From Nemertoderma westbladi (Eukaryota; Animalia; Xenacoelomorpha), in assembly GCA_032718475.1 (NCBI GenBank), contig JAUCBJ010008481.1, positions 1 through 33,362 on the forward strand: 33,362 bases of DNA, in the 5' to 3' direction. The notes under the pieces were generated by a model. It was not told the DNA's origin and did not search any database. It saw only the letters and a program-made list of their open reading frames with translations. The translations under genes and the position numbers were made by a program. Shown piece by piece: positions 21,393 through 33,126 of the stretch (position 1 is its first letter; every line of letters begins with the position of its first letter).

Positions 21393-24300
21393 ATGTCTGA
21401 CACAAAACAAACACTGTCAGATAGTCTCTTAGAAAGTGCTAGAATGAGTGTTAGACAGGGTCTTAAAAAGATCTGGGACTCAGCTAAGAGTATAGAATGT
21501 CTGAGACCAAAGTCCAAGTCCCCTCCTACTGTAAGCGAGGTCATCCCTACAGTAGTAGTGTCAGACCCTATGCTAGTAGAGCACCATAGGTCTATCATAG
21601 GCACTAGGGCTCAAGTCAAGCGGGACCAAGAGGCAGCTGTTAAACAACAGCAACACTCGAGCCGAGAACTTATTTCTCAGCGGCCCGATAGCTCCAGTAG
21701 TTCAGATACTGTAGAGTTGACACCCGAGCGCGGAGCAAAGATGGCAGATGCAGTTTATTCGGATCCACTTCTCATTCTTCCTGAAGCCGCACTCACTAGA
21801 GTATTGATTGCGGTGGAGGAACATCAAATGGATTGGGCGAGAAGTAAGCTATCGACCAAGGACAGTTATGCGGGATACACGAAGGAGGAACTGAAGTCTA
21901 TTGTCGAGACGCAATGGAAATTCCCCGGACCCGGACTCCCATTTAACTTATCGGAAGCTGCCTGGGAGGACTTATACAGGATGGGAGTGGTAAGGGACAC
22001 TAGAGATCCAGCTGTGTGGAAGAGGTCGGCAGCAGGATATGTACAGGGATTCTTCAGCTCTCTGGAGCGATTAGAGGAACAACTGTTTCAACAACCCCAA
22101 GGACCTCAAGAGCAGGGAGAGCTGCTTTATCAAGTTCGAGAAAGAATTCTAAGAATCAGACTAATCCTATCGGCCTTTGAGGAAGCTTCGAAAAGAAGCC
22201 AAGACACGTCGTTGCAAGTTGCCGTAAAGACTTGGTTCCAGCGGGTGGGTCTCAAAGTTCAAGGAACGGCCCAGTGGAAATTTCAGCTGGTTGAGCGCTC
22301 AACCCACGGAGAATCAACAGACGCTACCTTTTCTCAAGTGGAAAGCGAAGCGACAGCAGAGAAACCTCAGAAGAAGGACGCTATTGACATATATCTGTCG
22401 GACTATCAACGATTTCTAGGTGACGAAGAGTTGAGGAGACGGCTGGCTGGACTTCGTCCTAATAGTGAAGGAGCCAAGTTTGTGTTGGACGCAATAGATG
22501 CGGAAAGGTTAGAAGCGGATCGAGCTAAATTTGATGAAAGAATCCGCATCGTTAGGGAACAGGAAGAACAATTAAAGAAAAAACAAATAGAAGACAGAAA
22601 GGCAGCAACAGCAGCAGCGGCAGAAGTGAAAAGAAAAGCTGCAGTGGCAGAGGCAGAAAGAAAAGCGGCAGCGGCAGAGGCAGAAAGAAAAGCGGCAGTG
22701 GCAGAGGCAGAAAGAAAAGCGGCAGCGGCAGAAGCCGAAAGAACTGCGGCGGAGGCAGTGGTAGAAGCAGAATGGAAGGCATCTGAAGAGACAACCCAAC
22801 TAGAGTTGGAAAATCTTCAAGAGAAGCAAGACTACTTAAATAAACAGATAACAGCTAGTCAGATGCAGCTGATAAGTCGATCTACTCCCAAGAGACAGGG
22901 ATTTACATCCTCTGATGAAGGCGATACAACAGATCCTGAAGGTAGAGGAAATAAATCTTGTTCCAGCGGACGTAGAAGGGCGCTGCACTGGCAGAAATTG
23001 CCTGATTTGCCTCCAGCCGTGAGAAGGCAACTAGCTAGTGTAGATTTGAGTAATCCTGCGCCTACAGACCAAATTATTAGGGAAGAAAAACTCCCTACTA
23101 TAGTAGATGAGCCTGAAATAATTAGGCCTGTTCTCGAAGCCACTCCCTCTGTGATAGAGACCTCTGTACTTCCAGAACCTAACTTTAAATTCCCTTTGCA
23201 CAGTACTAAACTACCTGTGCCCAGTAGAATAGGCCCTGAGTCCACCCCAGTCCTGGACACCGAGCAAGACATCAACAATTTGTCGCCCGTCGTCCCTCGT
23301 CTACCCGCTACTATGTTGGCGGCTCCCGCTTCGGCGGTCGAGTGGGTAGATGAGGGACAGCGGGGGATGGATCTCCTGCTCGGGCGGATGCAGGAGACTG
23401 TTCAACAGTTCAAGGGAACAGTAAGGGAAAGTAGGTTAGAGTTGCAAGAAGTGCAGCAGAGTATCGCGTTAGAACGCTATAAATTAGTAAATATACAAAG
23501 GAGTATACCACCACCCCCTGTAACAATGTGTCAACCTGTTAGGTCTGAAGTATTTCATGCGCAAGGTGTGGAGCCTACACGCATCTATACTGCTAGTGAA
23601 GTAGAAACTCCTATAGTAAACCCTATTAAGGGTAATTATAAACCTGTTGACAATGATATTCCATATAGACCTGATCATAATCCTAGAAATTTATATACCG
23701 ATAACTGGATATTAAATAACACGATGGCCCAAGAAAGTTTTACGCGTCAAATGGCTAGAACCGAAACCCGTCAAGCGGTAAAGGTGGGAGAGATCGTCAA
23801 GTTCAATGGAGATAAGTTGAAATGGTTACCTTTTAATGAATATTACAAAGATAACATACAGAACTCTGTACTATCTAATGGAGAGAAACTTAGATTCCTC
23901 ATCGAGTGTTTGGAAGGACCTCCCAAGTTAATGGCGTTAAAGTTTATTGGACATCCAGCCAGATGGATTAAGACAAGTTTGGGATACACTAAACATCAGG
24001 TATGGTAATAGGACAAACATAGCTAGGTATTTGTATGCGAAATTAGTAGCGCCCCGAAAGTTCCTTAGCAGCAGGATTATAGAGTTTTCCAATGAGATTC
24101 AGGAGATCTGTAGACAACTAGATTGGTTAGGTAAGTCTCATGAATACCAGAATTCTATGGTTGTAGGAGCCTTAGCATCAGCTTTGCCAAAGGGTGAAGT
24201 AGGTACTCGCTGGGACAAAAAGGTTCTCTATTTGATGGACCAACAACATAGAGATCCAACCATGACGGACCTTCTGTCATTCTTAAACCGAGAGGTAAGA

Positions 24301-24966
24301 TTACAACTCCTAAAACAGTCTAGAGAGAAGACTCCTGAAAGTGAGGTAAGTGAAAAACCCGTTTCTAGGAGAAATGTAACACCAGTGTGTTATACAGACG
24401 ACGGCAAAGACCAAACCTCCCACGAGGAGAACAGCGGGAAAGACACCGAAAGATCTTATTATGTCAACAAAGTACCTAAAGACTTAAGTAAATTTAAGTC
24501 TCGAACCAGTGACAGGAGAGAACAGGTAACAACAACTTCTCCTACGTCTCCTAAAATAATTCATGGAAGAAAGCCCGAGGAAAGAACAAGTGTGCACCAC
24601 ACAGCACAGGTTAAAGTAAGTAACATCAAGCCCAAATGTGTATTGTGTGACGGGCCCCATCGCTTGAGTGGGTGTGATGAATTCTTAAAGAAATCCCTAA
24701 AGGATAGACGTGATGTCATGTGGGATAAGCGGTTGTGTTATAATTGTCTCAGACGAGGACTCCAACGGCGGACCTGTTACTCAGATGCTAGGTGTGCTAA
24801 GTGCGGCGCGAAACATCATATCTTGCTGCACACAGAATTTGAAAGAACCCGCACGAGTCAGGTAAGTGAGCCCGAACTACATGTCCAATTCAGTGATGTG
24901 AACGACACTGACCACAGCTCTGAGATGGAAGGATTTCTACACAGACGAATTTTCCAACGAAAATGA
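21393..24966 (+). pseudogene. BEL/Pao gag with long coiled-coil N-terminus, DUF1759-like capsid region and three Cys/His knuckles; frameshift near 23945
   Basis: KFNGDKLKWLPF..LSNGEKLRFLIECLEGPP..WDTLNIRYGN; DLLSFL; CVLCDGPHRLSGC..LCYNCL..CAKCGAKHHILLH. Confidence 0.9.
22615..22770 (+). repeat. 27-bp coding tandem repeat (AA[V/A]AEAERK)n within gag
   Basis: GCGGCAG[T/C]GGCAGAGGCAGAAAGAAAA repeated about 5 times. Confidence 0.9.
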
Positions 24967-24976
24967 ATCCTGTTAT

Positions 24977-26383
24977 ATGACAAACACCGCGGTGTATCGA
25001 GCGCTTACGTATGAGACTGAAACCGATAGCGAGCTCCCCCTAACTATTCCGGACCGACAACCATCTTGGAAAGCGCCAACTTCCAACGTAGGAATCCGGG
25101 AATTTCCCGTAGTGCAGTTGAGAGTCCACGGGTTAAAAAAGAGCTATATAGTGAACGCCCTCCTTGACTCCGGCAGCACAGGAACATTCATCGACAAAGA
25201 ACTAGCCGAAGACATCTTTGCTGGACAACCCAAGTTCCGAACTAAGTTGAGCCTTTCAGGAATTATGCAGGTTTGGAAATCTACAGTAGCTAGAGACTAC
25301 TATGTAGGCGCGTTGTCCACCCCCCAGGATGAACTAGGAGAACACAGTATAAGGTCAGTAAAAATGGTGGCGATAAAGAACTTCGCTACCAGCCAAGTGG
25401 AACCTTATAACTGGGATGAAGACGATTTCACCCAGCAGCATGAGATACCTAGATTCAACACCGACTACCCAGGGTTACAAATACTCATCGGCCAAAATGC
25501 GCATGAGGCGCTTGAGACATTAGAGAAACGGCCTGCTCAACCGCAACCACTGCAAACCTATGCGGGAAGAACTAGAGTAGGTTGGTACTTTACTGGACCT
25601 TCCCGTAGGATACTCATGGAAAGGCTACCCAAAGATCAGGGCCATCAGGTGAGTGAATGGGAAGAAGACATCAGTGAGGGAGAGACAACCACAACTGAGG
25701 GAACACCATACTCCTCAGATAATGATGATATTAACTCTAATGTAGATCAATGGAGACATTGCCTTGGGACGATTAATCCAGCCGACATCGCTTCCAGAGG
25801 AGCAACTCCTCAAGAACTGATAGATACTCCAGACTGGTTAGGTGGACCCGACTTCCTAAGTAAAGAAGAGGATGAATGGCCTCCTCATCTCACCACGGCT
25901 GAGATTAGACAAGCCAAGGGAGCGGAGAAAGTCAAACCTAAAACCCGGACGAGTAAATCAAAGTTATTTAAACCCGCGATTGATCTGTCTGTACTACACA
26001 TTTCAGGGGACAACGCTGTGGGTCTAAACTCCCCCGCCACAAATAACTCTGTTGTGGAAATCAGAGAAAGAGACTGGAAATCTGGAACACCAGACGTCTC
26101 GCAGGGACTCTCACCTCTCCTGCAGGGAGCGATGAACCACTATAGCTCCTGGAATCGGCTTTGTAAGGCCGTCGTGTATTTGAAGCGATGTTTCTATCGT
26201 CACTATTCCAGGACGAAGAGGAAACCTGGAATTGTATTCGAAACACAACAACTCAATCGCCCAGTTGGTCGTTTATGTTTACTGGAAAGAGACCGAGAAC
26301 TGTCCGGAAACTATGGAAGGCAAGATACTCTTTCCACGACCACCTCCCTAATCCAACAAACATCTAGGGACTCCCCAACGTAA
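24977..26383 (+). CDS. BEL/Pao aspartic protease fused in frame to RNase H-tail and integrase-tail remnants
   Basis: ALLDSGSTGTFI, ILIGQN, RTRVGWYFTGP; then QWRHCLGTINPADIASRG..WLGGPDFL..WP..YSSWNRL; then RPVGRLCLLE. No YxDD or DDE core. Frameshifted relative to gag near 24940. Confidence 0.82.
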   Translation: MTNTAVYRALTYETETDSELPLTIPDRQPSWKAPTSNVGIREFPVVQLRVHGLKKSYIVNALLDSGSTGTFIDKELAEDIFAGQPKFRTKLSLSGIMQVWKSTVARDYYVGALSTPQDELGEHSIRSVKMVAIKNFATSQVEPYNWDEDDFTQQHEIPRFNTDYPGLQILIGQNAHEALETLEKRPAQPQPLQTYAGRTRVGWYFTGPSRRILMERLPKDQGHQVSEWEEDISEGETTTTEGTPYSSDNDDINSNVDQWRHCLGTINPADIASRGATPQELIDTPDWLGGPDFLSKEEDEWPPHLTTAEIRQAKGAEKVKPKTRTSKSKLFKPAIDLSVLHISGDNAVGLNSPATNNSVVEIRERDWKSGTPDVSQGLSPLLQGAMNHYSSWNRLCKAVVYLKRCFYRHYSRTKRKPGIVFETQQLNRPVGRLCLLERDRELSGNYGRQDTLSTTTSLIQQTSRDSPT

Positions 26384-26911
26384 CAGCGTCTGGAGTGGGT
26401 GTGTGACTATATTATTTTATATTTGTTTTTATTATTTTATATTTATGTATGTATTATTATGTAATTTTATTATAATCGTTTTCTTTAATTTTATTTAGTA
26501 GAATGTTATTTTAGCGATTATTTAGTAGATTAGTGCAATATATATTAGTGTTTATTACTTACTTACTTATATTATATTATATATTTAGTGCAACGGCGAG
26601 AAATAATTATTTTTCTCTTTCCTTACTGTCCGTATCATATTATAAATACGTGACTACAGTAAGATGAAATATCCGTACTTATTAAAGTACAATAAAGCTC
26701 CTACTATATTCAAGTATTATTGGTAAGTAGAGTATTAGGAATGCAAAATTCAGATCCTCGTGTCTCGGCTAAACCAAGCTCTGGGTAGACCTTGGAAACG
26801 ACTTGCCTCTTCTCACTGACATTGCTTCTTGCAATATTGCTCTCATACCGTATATTAAATAATACATATAGTAGCGTGATGTCCCTTTAACAGTAGCGTA
26901 AAACGCAAAAT

Positions 26912-27290
26912 AAATCTGTTAAACCCTTTGACCATCTGTAATTCTAGTCGATTAAGATATCGCGGCACCCACCGATATACTTGAAAGACAAAATTCTAGA
27001 ATCAGTGGTTAACGTCCCCAGACAAGTTCTGGAATAAACCGGTGCCTATCTTGAATATTAACTATTAATATTTATAAAATCTGTCAAACAAATACAATAG
27101 AGTAAATACTTACAAGTTAACTCTAGAAAATCTATAAATTAAAATCTGTTAAATTTTAGATCCTTTAAAATTCTAGTCGATTAAGATATCGTAGCACTTA
27201 CCGATACTCTTAAAAGGACAAATTTCCTAGAATCAAGGATCACAGTCCCCAGACATGCTCTGGAATAAAATTGTGCTTATTCCAACATTA
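26912..27290 (+). repeat. Diverged direct duplication (about 150 bp of similarity, ~230-bp period) in the BEL 3' internal region
   Basis: AAATCTGTTAAA..ATTCTAGTCGATTAAGATATCG..CTAGAATCA..GTCCCCAGACA.G.TCTGGAATAAA occurs at ~26912 and ~27142. Confidence 0.8.
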
Positions 27291-28122
27291 AATAATAAAA
27301 TTTACGGGAATAAATTTAAATTCATATCCTCTCATGAATTTGATAAATTGTCATTTTATACAATTTATAACATTCCCAAAATTCCATTAATTAATAGACC
27401 ATGGGAGCGGAGATTCACCCTATTAAGTATATTAGCGTGAGAGAATCTCCAATATATAGTCAATAGCCGATAAAATTCATAAAATCATGTATAAGGGGGA
27501 ATATTGACAATTAAAGAATTACTATTAAATAGCATCCCAGATCTGTATGCATGAGAATTATCCTAATTCTACTGCTAGCTTTCCATAATGTCACCATGGC
27601 AACAACCACGCTAGAATTAGAAGTGAGTTAAAAGAACAATAAAAGGCTTGCCCCATTGAATAGCATACGGAATAAATAGCGCACTGTTAGTATCCAAATA
27701 CATAATACATAATAATAATACAGTAATAGGGATACATAATAATAACGTGGCATTCTGGAAGGCACTTGACTAACGGACAAATGGCCCGAATGTGTACAAT
27801 TTGTGACAGTTGTGTAGAATTTGTGCGTTTATAGGTGAATGTTACTACTAAAGTGTGTTTACAGTAGCGAGTCGCAGTTATGAAAGTAGTACTACCTCTG
27901 CAGTAAGAACCTGAAGTAAATCTAAGCCCTTGGGACGGACAGTGGAGTGACTCGCGCTGGTATTGTTGTCGTTGTGTAGCTACTACGTTGGCGAAAGGCA
28001 CATCGGCGACAGTACATCAGCGTTGAGGATCTTGCGCTGTCCGGGGGCATTGAGGGGTAGGCAGCAACGACTGCTAGCCTAATTATGATTAATTATAATA
28101 TCGATAAACTCATATAGCAGCT

Positions 28123-29638
28123 ATGACTGAGTTGATAGAAGATGATCTTGATATCAGGGAGCGATATACCCTACCATTGCTAGCGTTTGTTGATAGTTTA
28201 ATACGCGGCGGACGATGGCCGTTATATAGAACCGCCAATGTCAAAGGAACAACTCACGCGTGAATTGGACTATAGAAAATTCACCGCTCGCTATATGCAT
28301 CGTAATGGTACGTATATGGACTTCTTAACTACTGGTCATCCTATCGATTTACATGATACGGACGATGTCGACGCCGAAAGGGAAATGGTCCTATTTAAAT
28401 ATCATACCCAGCGGAGTCAGAATGATAAACTGAGAATCGAATGCGAAAATTCTATTCGAAATCGACTCGAAAGAGAAGACGTTAAAGAACCGGATAAACG
28501 CAGTGACTTCAACGTATATTTGGAATTCTTGAGAGAGACATTGTAAAACTGGAGAAAGATCACCCGCGTTTCCCCTACAAGACGTGCGTCTTTGGTATTA
28601 TTACGATGAATGCCCTAGACCCAACCAACACACGGAAAGACATAAACATCCGCGGAGACGTTGCGCTAAACACAGTTTTACTCGCTATATTTACGGGAGT
28701 TTCGAGCGAAACTTGTTCAACGTATCACCTACGTTCGCTCGACTCAAATGATCCTTAAATAAACCAATGATCGGAGTTCCGGAATACTCGGTCAGATCTC
28801 CTCATTCCCTGGTGAAACCTCAGACTCTTGATCCTAATGGTATGACGGATCCCCCTGAACTGTACTCATTGTTCAAAGATTTAGTGTTACCCAAACAATT
28901 AGTCGGTGGCACTCCGGTTGTGGGCTCCCTAGATATTCGCCCATCTTACCTAGCTGGATTGGGACGTGGACATTTAATATCGCCGTTCAACCCGTATAGT
29001 CGTCCCGGTTTAACTCCGATACAACCTGTCACCGAGGTGGAGGAGAGAGTTGTACGCAACGCGTTAGACACTATTCGACAAAAGATCGGAAAGGGAACCT
29101 ACGATTGTTTAGAGAAACGTAAATTGCAGCAGCAAGTCCAAGCGGTAAACAAATTAGCGTTATCTCAGTTCGATCGGGAAATCCAGAATCTCTAAGAAGA
29201 TATCGAAGTTGGACGACCCTACTCTCTAAACGAGTTTTAGACAAATGCTTCCAACGACAAGCGGAGGAAAATCAGCTCGAGGAGAAGCATATTGATTTCG
29301 ACAGAGCCCGAGAACGCGAGTCGGAAAGAACCATCAAACCGAGGAAATTTCTCACTACACACGGTGCACCTACCGCTCTTGTGCAGACAAATCGTCAGGG
29401 ACCAGTAAGAGCTACTGTCTTGAAACGCGCTCTGAAGGTTGTTCGACCTCATTCCACTGAGGTTGATACCGATCAACCGAGTACCTCGACCGGCGGATAC
29501 ACCGACCGTCATCCTAAACCTTCTGATGCAATTGTATTGCACCCTTCACCCAGGAGTTATAGCCCTCCTAGTAAAGTGGCTCGCCCCAAAGAGAAAAGGA
29601 CTCTTGCTAGCCTCAAAAAACTGCGTAAACGCCGTTAG
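28123..29638 (+). pseudogene. Extra ORF of unknown function (~500 codons, about 3 frameshifts and 2 stops) between pol and the 3' LTR
   Basis: Collinear sense fragments 28123-, 28238-28546, ~28540-29195 and ~29233-29638 in a coding-like block flanked by AT-rich spacers. Confidence 0.65.
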
Positions 29639-29723
29639 CGTAAGAAAGACTAACTGTTTAGAGTATTTTTATATTTTAGAAACTGTGATTTTTTATATTT
29701 TATAGAAGTAAATCCCATTTTCT

Positions 29724-29731
29724 GGGAGCGG
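29724..29731 (+). other. Short polypurine tract
   Basis: GGGAGCGG directly precedes the TGT of the 3' LTR. Confidence 0.65.
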
Positions 29732-30958
29732 TGTAAAAGCTTTTGCGGATATAACCAGTCATTTTCTCCGCAATGTACCGTGTAGGTGCTTTTAGCGGAC
29801 ATAACAAGCCATTTTTACCCGTTATGTCTGTATGCGTGCTTTAGCGGACATAACTAGCCATTTTGCCGCAATTCGCTTAATACTCTAAAGACTGTAACTC
29901 AGATGACGAAATCTGTCAGCTGATTTAATGCCAGCGTGGAGCTTTTCTTTGTTCTTTGTTCGGCTCGCTCGACCAATCAGAGCGATTTTCACTTTGTGTT
30001 GGACAGTGCCTGCAGAAACTCACGCAATTCAGTCAGTTGGTATCTTTCTAAGCCCAGAACACCGGCTTAGGATTCTTCTGTACTTCTGTGGAAGTTTCAG
30101 ACTTTGACCTAAACCTCAGAAACATCAGATGGCTTTGATTAAAGGAACATAAACCTATTAACGCAGCACACCGCCACACCGCGGCACTACGCAACGCAAT
30201 TCAACTACTGAATCATTGCTGAATCATACTTCATATCTGAATCGCCACACCACGGCACTACGCAACGCGATTCAACTACACATACTGACTGTTCACCGCA
30301 TTATTTGATTCTGTTATTAATTGGTGTTACTGTGTTATGTTGGTATATATTGCTGATATATTTGGAGAATACCGATGAATAATCATAAAACCCTCAATCT
30401 CTTTGATTACTAAAGGTTAGAGGAACAGGTTTACCGGTAGCAACTGCGACTTACATTATAGTGGTTTTTGTGTGAATTGAATGCTATTTCATAATCCCTA
30501 CATGTGTCAGTTGCGATCCTCCTTATATATGATCAAATTCAGAGACGGTCGGCAGATCAGTGCGCAGTAGTGTCAAGTCGTGTGAAGTAGTGTGAAGGTT
30601 AATAAAGCATCTCCTAAAGAATGCGCTTTTTACGAAACTCAGTAGCCATCCAGTTGTGATTAGTATAAGTCATAACTCTGTTTTATACTTAAAGCGCCAC
30701 GTCCTAAAGGAACTGTTAATATTTCCCCGAAAGTAAATATATTGTCAGAGATTATATATTAACGATCAATCGAATAATACAGTAGGTCTACACTGCAATC
30801 ACTATCAAAGCATCCGAATCCAGTCTCCCTTAACTGTGGGTGAATGGTCGCGCACAGGCTGGCTTCGGCTGATGTACCTTCAGTACATTAAATAATTGAT
30901 ATACAAACGACACCTTAAATTGGCAGGTTAAACTGCTAAAGGTCTAAAAGCGCGAACA
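29732..30958 (+). repeat. 3' LTR (1227 bp)
   Basis: Matches the 5' LTR (about 22 substitutions by eye) plus 234 extra bp at ~30280-30513. Confidence 0.96.
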
Positions 30959-31037
30959 GTTCACCCAGATATGATCTATAAGTTCACCTAGGTAGAATCT
31001 AAGTTCACCCAGATAGGATATATGTTCGCATATATAG

Positions 31038-32447
31038 TAGGGCGGTGCGCTTTTTACTTTTTTTCGATTTCATTGTTCTACCGGTGCACAAAAGTTGCCA
31101 AATGGTAAAAAAATAAGGCAAAAAAAATTTCTTTAAATTTCATCTATATCTTCACGGATCCCAAGAGGGTTGAAATTTTGTGCCATCGCGATGCACCATA
31201 ATGAAATGTATAACAATATAACACATTGATGAAAGATCAATGACTCAAAAAAGAACTTCCTGCATGCATCAAATGTCATCAAATGGGTCCAAACTTAGTT
31301 AGATACCAAAATTTTAACTTTTGGGTCAAGGGAACTAGTGCCACAGGCACATGGCCAGAACCTACCATTTGGCGCAAGTGATGATTATTCTCAATTTTCG
31401 CGATGGCCAACTTTGAGTTCTCCTACTGCATTCATATTATGCTCATTAGAACCGCAATGGCCGATTTAGTGGGGGTAGACACCTTCAAAACAAACGTAGA
31501 GCGAATAGTTCTTGAGATATCGCAGAAAATGTGAAGTACGGCACAAGTCTACATTACCGCCTTGATGTGATATGGACAAATACACAATAAATGATATTTT
31601 GAATTATCTCAAGGAATCAAAAAATAGACACATCACAGAAATGATCGATATAGTGGGTGAAGACACCTTCAAAATAAGAGTAGAGTCATTAGTTCTTGAG
31701 TTATTTTACAAAATGTCAAGACTATAGTCCACCAATTACTACTTGATATTGAGTTGACCCATTCCACACATTTTGTACAAAAACTATAGTGAATTATGTA
31801 CTACTCTTTAATTTTGAAGGTCTCTGTATACACTAAATCAATTTGTTGCAGTGATGTGTATATTTTTGATGCCTTAAGATAATTAGAAGTAACATTTTTG
31901 TGTATTTGTCTATAAATCATCAAGGCGGTAATGTTGACTTGTGCCGTACTTAACATTTTCTGTAATATCTCAAGAACTATTCGCTCTATGCTTGTTTTGA
32001 TGGTGTCTACCCCCACTAAGTCGGTCATTGCGGTTCTAATGAGCATAATAATAATGCCGTAGGAGAACTAAAAGTTGTCCATCACCAAAATTGAGAATAA
32101 TCATCACTTGCGCCAAAGAGTAGGTTCTGGTCATGTGCCTGTGGCACAACTTCCCTTGATCCAAAAATTAAAATTTTGGTATCTAACTAAGTTTGGACCC
32201 ATTTGATGACATTTGATGCATGCAGGAAGTTCTTTTTTGAGTCATTGATCTTTCATCAATGTGTTATATTGTTATAAATTTCATTATGGTGCATCGCGAT
32301 GGCACAAAATTTCAACCCTCTTGGGATCCGTGAAGATATAGACGAAATTTAAAGAAATTTTTTTTGCCTTATTTTTTTACCATTTGGCAACTTTTGTGCA
32401 CCGGTAGAACAATGAAATCGAAAAAAAGTAAAAAACGCACCGCTCTA
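31038..32447. mobile_element. 1.41-kb palindromic hAT-type MITE
   Basis: TAGGGCGGTGCG...CGCACCGCTCTA; ~650-bp inverted arms; 8-bp TSD ATATATAG / ATATATAC (7 of 8 match); no coding capacity. Confidence 0.88.
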
Positions 32448-32523
32448 ATATATACGACCTAAGTTCGCATAAAAAATCTAAAGTTCATCAAAGTCAGGCC
32501 CTGCAGGATCTAAGTTGTTTTAC

Positions 32524-32570
32524 CAGTGCCGGATTAACCTTAAGGCATATAAGGCACGTGCCTTAGGGCC
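32524..32570 (+). mobile_element. Probable left terminus of another hAT-type MITE
   Basis: CAGTGCCGGATTAACC followed by hairpin-forming TAAGGCA..TAAGGCACGTGCCTTAGGGCC; partner terminus not found in the window. Confidence 0.5.
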
Positions 32571-32732
32571 AGCCGAAAATACGGGCCATTTGTCCTCAAC
32601 GAGTCATTCTTGTGCAAAAAATATTTTTATCTGAAAAGTCTTCATTTTTTCTCACTAAAATTTATAGAAAACAAAGCAAGATAGTGCACTATATAGTACA
32701 TTATCTACAGTCCCGCTCTCAAAAAGCATTCC

Positions 32733-32787
32733 TTTGATCAAACATTGATCAAACTTTGATCAAACATTGATCAAAGTTTGATCAAAA
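32733..32787. repeat. 11-bp tandem repeat with palindromic TTGATCAA core (5 copies)
   Basis: TTTGATCAAAC/ATTGATCAAAC units; GACATTGAAAT-like repeats follow. Confidence 0.8.
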
Positions 32788-32956
32788 TGTGTCCATAGAA
32801 TATCATTGAAAGTAGCATTGACATTGAAATGACATTGATGGCATATTGAAATGACCTTGAAATCGATGGACCGAAATTCCAGACTTTCTGTCTCATATTG
32901 AAATGACATTGAAATGATTTCAAGGTAACAGTTTACATCGCTCTTCTGCGGCATAC

Positions 32957-33126
32957 CTTTGAACTCAGATTCCCGCCGAGAACTGGCTTTTGTTAATGGC
33001 CAAGCCGCGATGTGATTGACAGGGCGGTGGATGGAGCTTGCTTGACTTTGTGGATGAACAGCGATTGGATTTACAAGGCGGTGTTGTGAGTGTCCCAGAC
33101 TGAGTTTTGTTCTTGTAGGGCAGGGC
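32957..33126 (-). other. Possible 170-bp host exon
   Basis: GC-richer block bounded on the minus strand by TAG| and AAAG|GTATG with one open frame (PCPTRTKLSLG...RRESEFK); weak acceptor, no recognisable homology. Confidence 0.2.

Larger units (their letters stand above)
16074..30958 (+). mobile_element. BEL/Pao LTR retrotransposon, non-autonomous (RT, most of RNase H and most of integrase missing)
   Basis: Paired TGT..ACA LTRs; 5-bp TSD GTTCA at 16069-16073 and 30959-30963; BEL-type gag and protease inside. Confidence 0.93.
14164..32523. mobile_element. Putative ~2-kb foldback/Mutator-like non-autonomous host element, split by the BEL and MITE insertions
   Basis: Left array of (GAAC)TTAGATCCT at 14177-14280; reverse-complement array (GGATCTAAGTTC-like) in three pieces at 16064-16073, 30959-31037 and 32448-32523; both outer ends read GGT-N8/9-TTAGATCCT. 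Confidence 0.5.

Noticed and set aside
22552-22799. Cys-rich and Leu/Pro-rich minus-strand ORFs
   Set aside because: Antisense readings of the AAAEAERK repeat.
23935-24970. Programmed frameshifts in BEL gag-pol
   Set aside because: BEL/Pao normally has one ORF, the first shift falls inside the capsid-like domain, and no clear slippery heptamer is present; mutation or sequence error is more likely.
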